This document shows, in pieces, positions 37,888 to 47,836 of a stretch of 64,000 nucleotides of DNA. Source of the DNA: Cenarchaeum sp. (lineage in GTDB: Archaea; Thermoproteota; Nitrososphaeria; Nitrososphaerales; Nitrosopumilaceae). Where the stretch lies: assembly GCA_963692915.1 (NCBI GenBank), contig OY843584.1, positions 896,001 to 960,000 of the forward strand, given 5' to 3'. Under the pieces are notes generated by a model. That model was given only the letters and a program-made list of their open reading frames with translations. It was not told the DNA's origin and ran no database searches. The stretch's first letter is position 1. Each line of letters opens with the position of its first letter. The translations under genes and the position numbers were made by a program.

Positions 37888-38961
37888 TTACTCTGGCTTT
37901 AGCAGTATCTTGCCAAACATGCCCTTGCCCTTGAGCATCTTTGTGTGCGCCTCGGCGGCGTTCTCAAAGGAGTGCACCGAGTCGATCACAGACTTTATCT
38001 TTCTCTGTCCCATCCAGTAGAGGCCCTGCTCGAGCTCGGCGCGCGTTCCCTGCGTGGAGCCGAGTATGTTTGTGCCCTTGAAGAATATGTGGCGCAGGTC
38101 AGTCATCGCGTCATAGCCTGTCGTCGCGCCGCACGTGACGAGCGTAGAGCCATACTTTAGGAGCTGTAGCTGCTTGTTCCAGTGCGTCTGGCCAATGTGG
38201 TCAAAGGAGAGGTCGATGCCCGGAGGCGTTCCCTTTTTGAGCGCTATCTCTTTTGATATCTTGCGAACCTCCTTGTGCCAGTCGTCCTTGCGGTGGTCGA
38301 CTGCGTGGTCAGCGCCCAAGTCGAGGCACTTTTGGAGCTTGTCCGGACTCGCAGTCGCAATAACGTCACAGTTGAAGAGCTTTGCTATCTGGATGCCAAA
38401 GCTGCCGACGCCAGAGCCGCCGCCCATGATGAGAACCGTCTGGCCAGGCTTTATGCCGGCGCGCCCGACGAGCATGTGCCATGCCGTGAGTATCGTCATC
38501 GAGGCCGCAGCCGCATCATCATAGCTCACCGAGTCGGGCAGCTTTACGACGTTGACCTCTGGCAGGTGCGCGACTGAGGCAAATGCGCCCCAGAGGGGAC
38601 CGGTCTGGAAGCCCCAGATCGTCCTCTGCGTGCAGTCAAACTCGCGTCCGCTTGTGCACGCCTCACAGACCCTGCATGACATGTTGGCGTGCGAGACGAC
38701 CCTGTCTCCAGGCTTTATCCCGCGGACGTCCTCGCCTACGGCGATAACGTCGCCGGCGGCATCCGAGCCTGATATGTGGGGAAGCGTGACTGGTATGGGG
38801 ACACCCCTCATGCCCCAGATGTCGTTATAGTTGAGCGCGGCGGCCTTTACGGCAAAGACTACCTCGTTGGGCTTTGGCTTTGGGTCGTCGAGATCCTGAA
38901 CCTTTAGAATCTTGGAATAGTTGTCATCGGGGGCATACTCTTCGTATACGACTGCCTTCAC
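37888..38961 (-). CDS. Zinc-binding medium-chain dehydrogenase/reductase
   Basis: AALNYND, PHISGSDAAG, structural Zn site CRVCEAC...C, GGGSGVG, GKILL. Confidence 0.9.
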   Translation of the reverse strand: MKAVVYEEYAPDDNYSKILKVQDLDDPKPKPNEVVFAVKAAALNYNDIWGMRGVPIPVTLPHISGSDAAGDVIAVGEDVRGIKPGDRVVSHANMSCRVCEACTSGREFDCTQRTIWGFQTGPLWGAFASVAHLPEVNVVKLPDSVSYDDAAAASMTILTAWHMLVGRAGIKPGQTVLIMGGGSGVGSFGIQIAKLFNCDVIATASPDKLQKCLDLGADHAVDHRKDDWHKEVRKISKEIALKKGTPPGIDLSFDHIGQTHWNKQLQLLKYGSTLVTCGATTGYDAMTDLRHIFFKGTNILGSTQGTRAELEQGLYWMGQRKIKSVIDSVHSFENAAEAHTKMLKGKGMFGKILLKPE

Positions 38962-39467
38962 GACACGCAGGCCCCAAATGACCCTAATTATATTTTGCCA
39001 GATGCCCCGTCGGGGAAGACGTGCGCCGGCCGTGCCCCAGAACGGGCAGCAGGCGCGCCCCAAGGGGCAGAATGGGTCACTCGTGGCCGGCTAGCGCAGG
39101 CATGGCCGGTGGGGCACCCATGCCACATGTACTGCCCTCCCTAGGATGCTGACGATGGGGCTCGTGGAGGCCACGCCGGTCATGGACAAGGCCGCGGCCA
39201 GGGGCAGCGCCGGCTACACGGCAGGGCCGACTGGCAGGAACGGCCTGGCAGCGAGCCGCCTGAGAGGCGTGCCCCAAGACCCACACGGTCAGCTACCAGG
39301 GCGCCGTGGCAGCATGGGCGTCATCAGGGGCCAGTCACCATTGTGGCACACCTGCCCCGAACGTGTGCCCATACGCACAGTTGCAGAGGTTGGCCACCAG
39401 GGCGCGCAGTGCGAAATCCCGGCACCAACGCTACTGCTAAATATAGACGCGCCGGCGCGGCTGCGCG

Positions 39468-39794
39468 TTGGCAACGGTTCCGTATGACGACTTTGCAAAG
39501 TTGGACATTCGCGTGGCAAGGGTCACGGCGGCAAGTCCCATAGAGGGCAAGACGCGCATACTGGAGGGAACGATCGACATTGGCGGCGAGGAGAGGAGCG
39601 TCATAATCGGCGGTGCCGAGCACTATGCGCCATCTGACCTGGTCGGCCGCACCGTCATAGCCATTGTAAACCTCGATCCAAAGAGGGTCGCAGGCGTAGA
39701 GTCAAACGCGATGCTCCTGGCAGCAGATGACGGCGAGAGGCCGATATGGCTCACAGTCGGTGAGGAGACGCCTCCAGGAACCAAGATAAGATAG
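39468..39794 (+). CDS. tRNA-binding OB-fold protein (CsaA/Trbp111/MetRS C-terminal-like)
   Basis: DFAKLDIRVA, VNLDPKRVAGVESNAMLLAA, PGTKIR. Confidence 0.92.
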   Translation: MATVPYDDFAKLDIRVARVTAASPIEGKTRILEGTIDIGGEERSVIIGGAEHYAPSDLVGRTVIAIVNLDPKRVAGVESNAMLLAADDGERPIWLTVGEETPPGTKIR

Positions 39795-39924
39795 GCGCAC
39801 ACCGGCGCCACCATGTCTGCCATCTTGTCATGCATCCACGATCACAGATGTCCTTGAATCACCAGTGTCACAAGTGTCACGTCAGCCGTTCTGCCAAACG
39901 TGCCACCGGCCAGGACAGTCCCCC

Positions 39925-40308
39925 CTAGAGCATGACGAGCTTTACGGTGTCCATCTTTTTGTTTGTCCGAAACCCGTTTGTGACCTCGGATATGCGCGAG
40001 CCGTCACCATCGAGGACAAAGAGCTCGACGCAGCGCTCGCCGTCGATCTTGTTGTGCAGGTGTGTCCGCACGAGATCCTCATAGTCGTGCTTTATGCCTG
40101 CAACCTGGTCGTCGTACTCGTCGGCGTGGACGACCATGAGGATTGCGTTCTGCTTGCCTGTCGCGGCGGTTCGCTGCTTCTCCTCTTGCGCAAATGAGCG
40201 TATCCCGGCGCGTATGAGCTCCGAGCGGCCAGCAAAGCCCATCGCATCGCGCATCGCGTCTAGCTCGCGCAGTATCGAGTCGTTGAGCGAGACGGAGATT
40301 ATGGCCAA
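39925..40308 (-). CDS. NikR/CopG-family ribbon-helix-helix metalloregulator
   Basis: IISVSL...RSELIRAGIR RHH domain; H87-like HLH..C motif (THLHNKIDGERCVE). Confidence 0.9.
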   Translation of the reverse strand: MAIISVSLNDSILRELDAMRDAMGFAGRSELIRAGIRSFAQEEKQRTAATGKQNAILMVVHADEYDDQVAGIKHDYEDLVRTHLHNKIDGERCVELFVLDGDGSRISEVTNGFRTNKKMDTVKLVML

Positions 40309-40384
40309 CGGCGCGGCTCGCCCATGACCGTCAATATATCCATATCAGGCAATGTTAATAACCCATGGGTGCATTTTCATGCCG

Positions 40385-40445
40385 ATATTACCAATAGTTG
40401 ACAGATATATAGGTAATATTAATAATAAAAAAATAATAGTTATTA
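40385..40445. promoter_or_regulatory. Candidate operator(s) in the divergent regulator/ABC promoter
   Basis: ATATTACC-N19-GGTAATAT (40385-40419) and TAATAA-N14-TTATTA (40420-40445) in a very AT-rich island. Confidence 0.55.
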
Positions 40446-40469
40446 CTAACTATATGGCCCATTCCGCCA

Positions 40470-41408
40470 ATGCAGAGACAGTCATGGCTCATCGTGGCAG
40501 CCGTGCTAGCAGTGGGTATCGCGCTTGGCTCAGTGGCAGCACTCGGAGGGCAGGATGTGGCGGAGCCCGATGCCGGTGAGGCAGGCGGCGCCGTGATATA
40601 CGCGACGTTCTATCCCTATGCGGAGCTTGCCGGCGGCGTTGCCGAGGGCATAGCCGATGTGAGGCAGTTCGGGCCGGCCGGCTCTGGCGCACATGACTGG
40701 GAGCCCGGCGCCGGTGAGATCGAGTCACTCGACGATGCAGTCGCGCTGATCCATAGCGGTGAGGGAGTAGAGACGTACATTGGCGACCTAGAGTCCATTG
40801 ACAGCCTTGGTCACATCATGTTCATAGCGGCATCCGGAGAGCACCATGACGATGACGCGGGACATGACGATGAGTCCGAACACGGTGACGAAAAGACGCA
40901 CCTGTGGCTCGATCCAGTGGAGGCCATTGCGCAAGTCGACCGCATACGCGACGCGCTCTCTGCAATCGATCCGGCCAATGCAGGGGCATACGCTTCCAAT
41001 GCAGACATGTACGCCGTAGGACTCGAAGGGCTCGACGCGCGGTACCGTGACGGTCTTGCAGAGTGTGACCACAGAACCATAGTGACGTTTCACAACGCAT
41101 TTGACGCAATGGCCGCAAGGTACAACCTAGAGGTTCTCGGCATTGCGCACTCGCACCACGCCGAGCCGAGCGTCTCAGAGATCGCAACGCTCGTCACTTA
41201 CCTGCGAGATTCTGGCGCGCGCGCCATATTTTCAGACGACCTGACTGACGGGAGGCTCGAGGTCGCCGCTGCCGAGGAGGCCAGCGTCGACGTCATTGCG
41301 CTAAGCACGCTTGAGGGCCTGGCGCGCACAGATGCGGCAGGCACAACATACATTGAAAAGATGGACACCAACCTTGATGCGCTAAGGGAGGGCCTGGCTT
41401 GCCGGTAA
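40470..41408 (+). CDS. znuA: Zn/Mn ABC transporter substrate-binding protein
   Basis: N-terminal anchor, AHDWEP, His/acidic loop EHHDDDAGHDDESEHGDEK, HLWLDP, FHNAF. Confidence 0.9.
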   Translation: MQRQSWLIVAAVLAVGIALGSVAALGGQDVAEPDAGEAGGAVIYATFYPYAELAGGVAEGIADVRQFGPAGSGAHDWEPGAGEIESLDDAVALIHSGEGVETYIGDLESIDSLGHIMFIAASGEHHDDDAGHDDESEHGDEKTHLWLDPVEAIAQVDRIRDALSAIDPANAGAYASNADMYAVGLEGLDARYRDGLAECDHRTIVTFHNAFDAMAARYNLEVLGIAHSHHAEPSVSEIATLVTYLRDSGARAIFSDDLTDGRLEVAAAEEASVDVIALSTLEGLARTDAAGTTYIEKMDTNLDALREGLACR

Positions 41409-42196
41409 ACGCGCTTGAGGTCAAGGACGTCACTGCCGGATTCGGCGCGACGAATGCCATAGAGTCCATAGCATTTGAGCTCGCCGGCGGCGAGATACTC
41501 GGCATAGTCGGCCCCAACGGGGCAGGCAAGACGACGCTCTTTCGCGCAATGCTCGGGCTCCACGCGCACTCGGGAACGGTGTCCATATGCGGGCGCAGCG
41601 GCTCGGCGCGCCTGGCCCTCCTGCCGCTAGTCGGGTATGTCCCGCAGCGCTTTGTGCCCGATCGCGGGTTTCCGGCCACGGTTCGCGACATCGTCTCGAT
41701 GGGCGTCCTGCCGGCGCGGCGCCTCGAGGCGTGCGCACGCCTAGCCGGCGAGTCCGGATACGAGTGGCGCCGCGAGTATAGCCGCCTCGGCGGGCGCGAC
41801 GAAAAGGTCGATGCGGCCATGGAGGCCGTCGGCATGGGCGAGCTTGCCTGCAGGAGGATAGGCGAGCTCTCTAGCGGCGAGACGCAGCGCGCATTCATCG
41901 CAAAGTCCCTCGTCAACGATCCGCTCCTCCTGATACTTGACGAGCCCGCATCGAGCGCTGATGCCGGCGCGCGCGAGCTGCTCCACGGGATCATGCGCCG
42001 GCTCAACACGGAGCTCGGAGTGACCATAGTCTGGTCATCACACGACCTCGACGCACTAGAGCGCGTGGCCACGCGCGTGGCGTGCATGGACCGCCGGCTC
42101 TTCTTTCACGGCGGCAAGGACGAGTTCTTTGCCGACGAGGAGGCGGTCCGGTCATACACCGAGTCGGCGATGCAGGCTCACATGAGGGAGCACTGA
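41399..42196 (+). CDS. znuC: Zn/Mn ABC transporter ATPase
   Basis: GPNGAGKTT, GYVPQ, LSSGETQR, LILDEP, SHDL. Confidence 0.92.
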   Translation: MPVNALEVKDVTAGFGATNAIESIAFELAGGEILGIVGPNGAGKTTLFRAMLGLHAHSGTVSICGRSGSARLALLPLVGYVPQRFVPDRGFPATVRDIVSMGVLPARRLEACARLAGESGYEWRREYSRLGGRDEKVDAAMEAVGMGELACRRIGELSSGETQRAFIAKSLVNDPLLLILDEPASSADAGARELLHGIMRRLNTELGVTIVWSSHDLDALERVATRVACMDRRLFFHGGKDEFFADEEAVRSYTESAMQAHMREH

Positions 42197-42202
42197 GGGG
42201 CT

Positions 42203-43018
42203 GTGATCGAGGTTCTCTCGCACGCGTTTGTCCAAAAGGCCATCCTGGCCGGCGCGTGCATTGGGGTGGCATGCGCGTTTCTCGGCGTGTTTCTTGTCAT
42301 GCGCCGCAACGCGCTCTTTGGCGATGCCGTCTCGCATGTGGCCTTTGGCGGCGTCGCCGTCGGCCTCCTGTCCGGCATCTATCCCGTCTGGACCGCACTG
42401 TGCGCGGCGATCCTCGGGGGCGTCTGCATGCAGCGCCTGCGCGGCGTGCCCGGCATCAGCGGGGATGCCGCAGTGGCCATACTCCTGGTCGGCGGCCTCG
42501 GAGTCGGCGTCCTGGCAGCTAGCGCAACTGGCGGGTTTGGCGTCGACCTCTATGCGTTCCTCTTTGGCAGCATACTCCTGGTCGGGACTGCCGATGTCGT
42601 GACGATCTGCGCCGTGAGCGCCGGCGTGGTCGCCGTGCTCTATGCGCTGAGGCGGCAGCTCCTCCACGTCACGTTCAGCGAGGAGCAGGCAAGCGTCGCC
42701 GGCGTGCGCGTCGAGCTCCTCGGGTACGCCTTTGTCATACTCACTAGCGTGACTGTCGTCATGTCGATGAGGCTAGTTGGCATACTCCTCGTCTCGGCCC
42801 TCGTGGTCCTTCCGCCCATAACTGCGATCGCGCTAGGCGGCGGGTTTGGGCGCACGGTGGCCACTGCGATCGCAGTCGCAGTCGGCTCCGTTGTCACCGG
42901 CATCGCCGTCTCGGCGGCATACGACCTTGCGCCCTCTGGGGCCATAGTCATGGTCGGAATTGGCGCGCTCCTCGCTGCCCTGGGGGTCGCTGCCCTAAGG
43001 CGGCGCGCGGCCCACTAG
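42203..43018 (+). CDS. znuB: Zn/Mn ABC transporter permease
   Basis: LGVFLVMRR..FGDAVSHVAFGG, FLFGSIL, VGILLVSALVVLP. Confidence 0.92.
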   Translation: MIEVLSHAFVQKAILAGACIGVACAFLGVFLVMRRNALFGDAVSHVAFGGVAVGLLSGIYPVWTALCAAILGGVCMQRLRGVPGISGDAAVAILLVGGLGVGVLAASATGGFGVDLYAFLFGSILLVGTADVVTICAVSAGVVAVLYALRRQLLHVTFSEEQASVAGVRVELLGYAFVILTSVTVVMSMRLVGILLVSALVVLPPITAIALGGGFGRTVATAIAVAVGSVVTGIAVSAAYDLAPSGAIVMVGIGALLAALGVAALRRRAAH

Positions 43019-43157
43019 GCGCAACCGCACGCGCAGCTCACGCCTGCCGAGTCAAACGAGCAGTCATGCTGCGAGCCGTCAACTGGGCGCGTCACCGGAA
43101 TCCTGCGCATGCACTCCCCATGCCTGCCCCGCCGGCAGAACCAGCAGACCGTGCGGC

Positions 43158-44075
43158 CTATACCGGCGTCAGCCATTCGGCAAACCTCTCGTCCTTGCCC
43201 GTGGCCGCATCCATGTACGAGCGGCGCAGCGCGCGCGTCACCTTGCCGGCCTTGCCGTCGCCTATGCGCGTGCGGTCGACAGACGCCACGGGCTTTACCT
43301 CGGCTGCCGTGCCAGTCATGAACACCTCGTCGGCAACATAGAGATCCTCGCGCTTTATGGCCGACTCGGCGACATACCCGCCATCACCCTCGACTATCTG
43401 CACAATGCTGTCCCTGGTTATCCCCTCGAGTATTCCCGAGGAGAGCGGCGGCGTCGATATCTCGCCGTCCTTTATGACAAATATGTTCTCGGCCCCGCCC
43501 TCGGCGACGTTGCCGTCTGAACCCAGCATTATCGCCTCGTCGTACCCGTCATCGAGGGCCTCGACTCGCGCGAGTGCGGCGTTTGCATAGTTTGATGCGG
43601 CCTTTGCCTTCATCGGCTGGGAGCGCGAGTCGATGCGCGTCCAGCTCGACACCTTGCACCTCACGCCAGACGTCCCGCGGCCGGCGTGCGACTCACCAGA
43701 CTTCCATGACCAGCACGCGATGGCAAGGTCGACAGGGTTCTTTGATGGCGTCAGTCCCATCCAGCCGTACCCGCGGTATGCGAGTGGGCGCACATAGCAC
43801 TCGCGCAGGCCGCTGGCGCGCACCGTTCTTATGATCGCCTTGGATATTTGCTCTTTTGTGTATGGCACGTCCATCGAGTACATCTTTGCAGACCTGAGGA
43901 GGCGCTCGACGTGCTCATCGAGGCGAAAGATCGCCGGGCCGCGCGGCGTCTCATAGCAGCGCAGGCCCTCAAAGACTGCCGAGGCGTAGTGTAGCGCGTG
44001 CGTGAGCACGTGAACCTTTGCGCTGCCAAATGGCACGAGGCGCCCGTTCATCCATATCTTGCCAGTCTCCTTCAA
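43158..44075 (-). CDS. ilvE: Branched-chain amino acid aminotransferase
   Basis: HALHYASAVFEG, KAASNY, EGGAENIF, LEGITR, DEVFMTGTAAE. Confidence 0.95.
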   Translation of the reverse strand: MKETGKIWMNGRLVPFGSAKVHVLTHALHYASAVFEGLRCYETPRGPAIFRLDEHVERLLRSAKMYSMDVPYTKEQISKAIIRTVRASGLRECYVRPLAYRGYGWMGLTPSKNPVDLAIACWSWKSGESHAGRGTSGVRCKVSSWTRIDSRSQPMKAKAASNYANAALARVEALDDGYDEAIMLGSDGNVAEGGAENIFVIKDGEISTPPLSSGILEGITRDSIVQIVEGDGGYVAESAIKREDLYVADEVFMTGTAAEVKPVASVDRTRIGDGKAGKVTRALRRSYMDAATGKDERFAEWLTPV

Positions 44076-44168
44076 GGCGCCATGGCGCGCCCTGCATGAT
44101 AAATAAAATGATCGATCCGGCACGACAGGCGCACGCTAAAATAGCGCAGGCATCTCGCGCATGAGGCA

Positions 44169-44372
44169 ATGGAGTGGACACTCGGGGGCGCGGCCATTGC
44201 GCTCCTAGTCGTGGGCCTAGTCGGTCAGGGCTTTGAGATGCGCCGCATAAACGCCGAGGGCGGGGACGAGGAAGAGGGTCGGCCAAGCGCGTTTGCCGAC
44301 AGGCGCAACTTCAAGTGGTACGCCATAATCGGCGCCGGAATCGCCATCTGGTTTGCCGCCGAGAGGCTCTAG
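44169..44372 (+). CDS. Small two-TM membrane protein
   Basis: Two hydrophobic helices around a charged loop; TAAAATA box upstream. Confidence 0.7.
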   Translation: MEWTLGGAAIALLVVGLVGQGFEMRRINAEGGDEEEGRPSAFADRRNFKWYAIIGAGIAIWFAAERL

Positions 44373-45766
44373 GCCATCTCGGAGCGGCGCGCGTGTATGG
44401 CGCGTATCGCGCGCGCTATGGCGTCATCTGCGTCATCAACTAGGACGATAATGCGCGAGGTCTCCTCCTGGGCATCCATGTTGAGTATGTTGAGGCCCGC
44501 CTCGCCGATGCACGCGCTCACGCGCGCCACGACGTGCTGTGCGCGCGACATCTCGTCGCCTATGAGCGTGATCACGCCACGCCCGTGCGTCACGCTGCAA
44601 AACGGGTCAAACTTTCGGAGGTAGCGAACGTTGCGGCGGACATACTCACCGTCAAGGAACAGTATTCGCGCGTACGTGATGCCGGATTTCGTGAACGGCG
44701 ACAGTATGACATACTCCTCATAGCGCCGCTCGTCTCGCAGCGAGTCGATGAGCGCGCCGGCAGCAGACGACTCTAGGCCAACGATGGCGCAATCGCTCTT
44801 GCCGGTGACTATCTTTAGCGGGTTGCCTCCGTCACTAGCCGGCTCACGGGCAATGCGCGTGACCTTTGAGGGGTTGCGCATGCTAGTGATGGTCACCGGA
44901 AACCCCGCGCCGCACTCGTGCATCTCCTTTATCGCAATCGGGTCCAGTATCGTCATGCCAAACATTCCGGCAATGCGCGCCTCGTTGTAGGAGAGCTCGC
45001 GTATCTCATCCACAGTGTCGACTATGCGCGGGTCAGCCGAGGCGACGTTGCTGTCCTTTTCAAGGTCAATGACAACGTCATAGTCACCAGAGAAGAGCAG
45101 GCCAATGTCGACTGCAGTCCTGTCAGAACCCCCACGCTCGTACGTCGTGACCGTGCCGCCTTCACTCTTGCCGACAAACCCGCCGATAGTCACGACGCTG
45201 TTGGACTTTACAAGGTCCGCAATGTGCGAGCGCGCCTCCATGGACTTTTCGCGCAAAAAGTTCGTCGACTCTATATTCTCGTCAGTCACTATGGGCCATG
45301 ACCCAAAGTCCACAGCAGCGGCGCTTATTCCGGCATCGCGCATGGCAGCAGCGGCAATTAGGGACATTGGAAGCTCACCCGAGTGCGCAAGTGCGCGCGA
45401 GCGAACCTCGTCGGCAAAAGAGCGCGAGGCCGCAGCCTCGCCGAGGGCAGCCTCAAAGTGCGCAAGGTGCTCCTCGACTTGCGGGCCGCACGCCTTGCGC
45501 GAGTCGGCACTGAGCCTCGCCATGATCGCCCCATACGCACGCCGGACTGGGGAGGCATCAGGCTCCTCTCCGAGCTCGGCGGACTTGCCGCACGATATGA
45601 CGACGTCGGTGAGCGACGTGGACTTGCCGCCGTGCTCAGTCGGCGGAGCGGAAAAGACGGCTACGACCCTAGAGGTGGCGGCCATCTCCGAGACGCGCCG
45701 CGATATGTCATGGATCGCCGAGGCGTCCACGCCTATCACGCTGCCGCCAAACTTTGCAACCGTCAT
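44369..45766 (-). CDS. lysC: Aspartate kinase
   Basis: VAKFGGS, VFSAP..TD, GGFVG, YERGGSDRTA, ADPRIV, LSYNEA, C-terminal ACT domain. Confidence 0.92.
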   Translation of the reverse strand: MTVAKFGGSVIGVDASAIHDISRRVSEMAATSRVVAVFSAPPTEHGGKSTSLTDVVISCGKSAELGEEPDASPVRRAYGAIMARLSADSRKACGPQVEEHLAHFEAALGEAAASRSFADEVRSRALAHSGELPMSLIAAAAMRDAGISAAAVDFGSWPIVTDENIESTNFLREKSMEARSHIADLVKSNSVVTIGGFVGKSEGGTVTTYERGGSDRTAVDIGLLFSGDYDVVIDLEKDSNVASADPRIVDTVDEIRELSYNEARIAGMFGMTILDPIAIKEMHECGAGFPVTITSMRNPSKVTRIAREPASDGGNPLKIVTGKSDCAIVGLESSAAGALIDSLRDERRYEEYVILSPFTKSGITYARILFLDGEYVRRNVRYLRKFDPFCSVTHGRGVITLIGDEMSRAQHVVARVSACIGEAGLNILNMDAQEETSRIIVLVDDADDAIARAIRAIHARRSEMA

Positions 45767-45841
45767 GCGCTCCACACGTGCCCACCTGCACGCCCCCAAA
45801 GCACCCTAAGTTTAAATGGATTTTGGCCCGCGCGCGCAGAC

Positions 45842-45916
45842 GGGCCCATGGTCTAGATCGGTCATGATATCGCCCTTACACGGCGAGGATCCGGGGTTCA
45901 AGTCCCCGTGGGCCCA
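45842..45916 (+). tRNA. tRNA-Val(UAC)
   Basis: GGGCCCA...TCGCC-CT-TAC-AC-GGCGA...CGGGG-TTCAAGT-CCCCG-TGGGCCC-A. Confidence 0.96.
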
Positions 45917-45975
45917 CCCCTCCATCACGCGATAGCCGTGCGCGCAGGCGTCCCCTGCGCGCCTGTGAATTGGGG

Positions 45976-46049
45976 TGCAGTTGCCGGGATTTGAACCCGG
46001 GTCACGAACTTGGCAAGCTCGCATAATAACCAAACTATACTACAACTGC
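45976..46049 (-). tRNA. tRNA-Gly(GCC)
   Basis: Reverse complement GCAGTTG...CGAGC-TT-GCC-AA-GTTCG...CCGGG-TTCAAAT-CCCGG-CAACTGC-A. Confidence 0.96.
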
Positions 46050-46103
46050 GCCAACGCGCACGGCTCGGCGGCCAACTCTATTAAACCATACCGCCGCGCG
46101 ACC

Positions 46104-47426
46104 CTAGTCGTCCGTGCCTAGCTTCGAGAGCCTGTCGCCGGCCTTGAAGAGGAACGGCGACATGAACGCAGTCACTACGGCGACGACTCCGACGAGCGGA
46201 AAGACAAAGGCGCTCACTGCGCCAATGTCGACGCCGGACTTTGCGATGACGATCGAGAACTCTCCGCGCGGCGGCCCGAGGGCAAAGGCGGCCCGAAACG
46301 ACCTCTTGCGGCCCTGGCGGCCCAGGATGCAGCCGGCAAAGTTTGCCCCCAGCTTTACTGTGACAGAGACTGCGATGAGGGCGATGGCAACTAGAATGTA
46401 CCCCTGTATCTGCGAGACGTCCATGAGCGCGCCGACTGACACAAAAAAGACGGCGACGAACATGTCCTTTATGGGACTAGAGATGAGCTTGGAGACCTCA
46501 GACGAGCGCGACTCGGCGACGAGCACGCCGGCGAGGAACGCTCCAATGGCGACAGAGAGGCCAACGATATTGGCTAGGAGCGCATAGCCAAAGCAGACGC
46601 CAAGAACGCTCAAGAGGAGTATCTCGCGGTGCTCAGTTGCCGCCATCCTGTCGATGAGCGGCGGGATGACGCGCGTGCCAACAGTGAACGTGCCGACGAT
46701 TAGGCCGACGGCGACTATAATGACGACGGCGACGCTCTCGACTGATATGGTACCTGCAAGGACGACTGACTGGAGCGACGTGATGAGTATGACTGCGATG
46801 ATATCCTCGACGATGAGCACGCCGAGGACGAGTATGGAGGAGTCCTTGCGTATGCGCCCGGAATCCTCGAGGAGCTTTACGATTATCGCCGTGCTGCTGA
46901 TCGACAGGGCCGCAGCTATAAAGAGCGCATCAGTCGTCCCCATGCCAAAGGCAGTCGCGACTGCAAGCGTCGCGCCCATTGTGGAAAAGACGCCGAGCGT
47001 GCCTATTCCCATGGCCACCTTTCCTATAGAGCGTATGCGCGCATAGGGAAACTCGATCCCGATGACAAAGAGGAGCATGATTATGCCGATATCGGCAAAG
47101 AGGTTGAGGGCCGATGCGTCAGAGAGGAGGCCCAGCGCGCCATCTGGCGCAGGCGAGCCGACTGGCAGGAGCCCGGACCAGAGCGGGGAGAGCGGGCCGA
47201 TGAGCATTCCGGCAAAGAGGTATCCAAGGATGAGCGGCTGCCGTATCTTGAAGAACGCAAGCGTCACTATGGCGCCGATTATCATGATAACTGCGAGATC
47301 CGTGATGAACGACGCGTGCGGGAGCTCGGGCGTTATCTGCTCAATGATCGCCGAAAAGCTGCGAGTTATCGTTCCCTGGATGCCCGAGTCCGGCGTTGCA
47401 GACTGGAGAGTGTACGAAGTTATCAT
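46104..47426 (-). CDS. CPA2-family cation:proton antiporter
   Basis: PLILGYLFAG, LLFVIGIEF, ISSTAIIVK, LIVEDI, GAFLAG, FFVSVG, PRGEFS. Start uncertain. Confidence 0.9.
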   Translation of the reverse strand: MITSYTLQSATPDSGIQGTITRSFSAIIEQITPELPHASFITDLAVIMIIGAIVTLAFFKIRQPLILGYLFAGMLIGPLSPLWSGLLPVGSPAPDGALGLLSDASALNLFADIGIIMLLFVIGIEFPYARIRSIGKVAMGIGTLGVFSTMGATLAVATAFGMGTTDALFIAAALSISSTAIIVKLLEDSGRIRKDSSILVLGVLIVEDIIAVILITSLQSVVLAGTISVESVAVVIIVAVGLIVGTFTVGTRVIPPLIDRMAATEHREILLLSVLGVCFGYALLANIVGLSVAIGAFLAGVLVAESRSSEVSKLISSPIKDMFVAVFFVSVGALMDVSQIQGYILVAIALIAVSVTVKLGANFAGCILGRQGRKRSFRAAFALGPPRGEFSIVIAKSGVDIGAVSAFVFPLVGVVAVVTAFMSPFLFKAGDRLSKLGTDD

Positions 47427-47474
47427 GTACCCCACGGCATGAGACGGTATTGCGGCCTAGTTTGTGAGCGCCGA

Positions 47475-47777
47475 TTAGGCGACTTCGAGGTGGCCAAACT
47501 TGCCCTTTGTGAGCGACTTTTTGCCCTTGAACTCGTTGATGTAGCCGTTGTTGATCCTAACCGTGCAGCCCTCTGTGACCTTTGAGATATCCTCGCCCCA
47601 AAGCGTGAGGTCTATCTCGCCGCCCGAGCTGTCAGCGAGCGTCATGTCACAGACGTCTGCCGTGCCGCCCCTCTTTAGGTTGACCGTGCGAACCTCGCCC
47701 TTTTTCTTGAGCGAGCCCTCAAAGTTGACTCCGCTAGTCATGCCCTTGGCAACCTCTGCGGTGACAAATTCAGCCAT
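47475..47777 (-). CDS. ssb: Single OB-fold ssDNA-binding protein (crenarchaeal SSB-type)
   Basis: LADSSGGEIDLTLW, VRINNGYINEFKGKKSLTKGKFG. Confidence 0.85.
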   Translation of the reverse strand: MAEFVTAEVAKGMTSGVNFEGSLKKKGEVRTVNLKRGGTADVCDMTLADSSGGEIDLTLWGEDISKVTEGCTVRINNGYINEFKGKKSLTKGKFGHLEVA

Positions 47778-47836
47778 CAGCAGCACCCCCAATATGTGGC
47801 ATTATAAAGCTGTCGCACGACCCGCACGGCGCAGGC

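Noticed and set aside
39146-39487. ORF with faint resemblance to FAD-binding reductases (GPTGR)
   Set aside because: Too few matching residues and no intact GGxG motif; cannot be supported.
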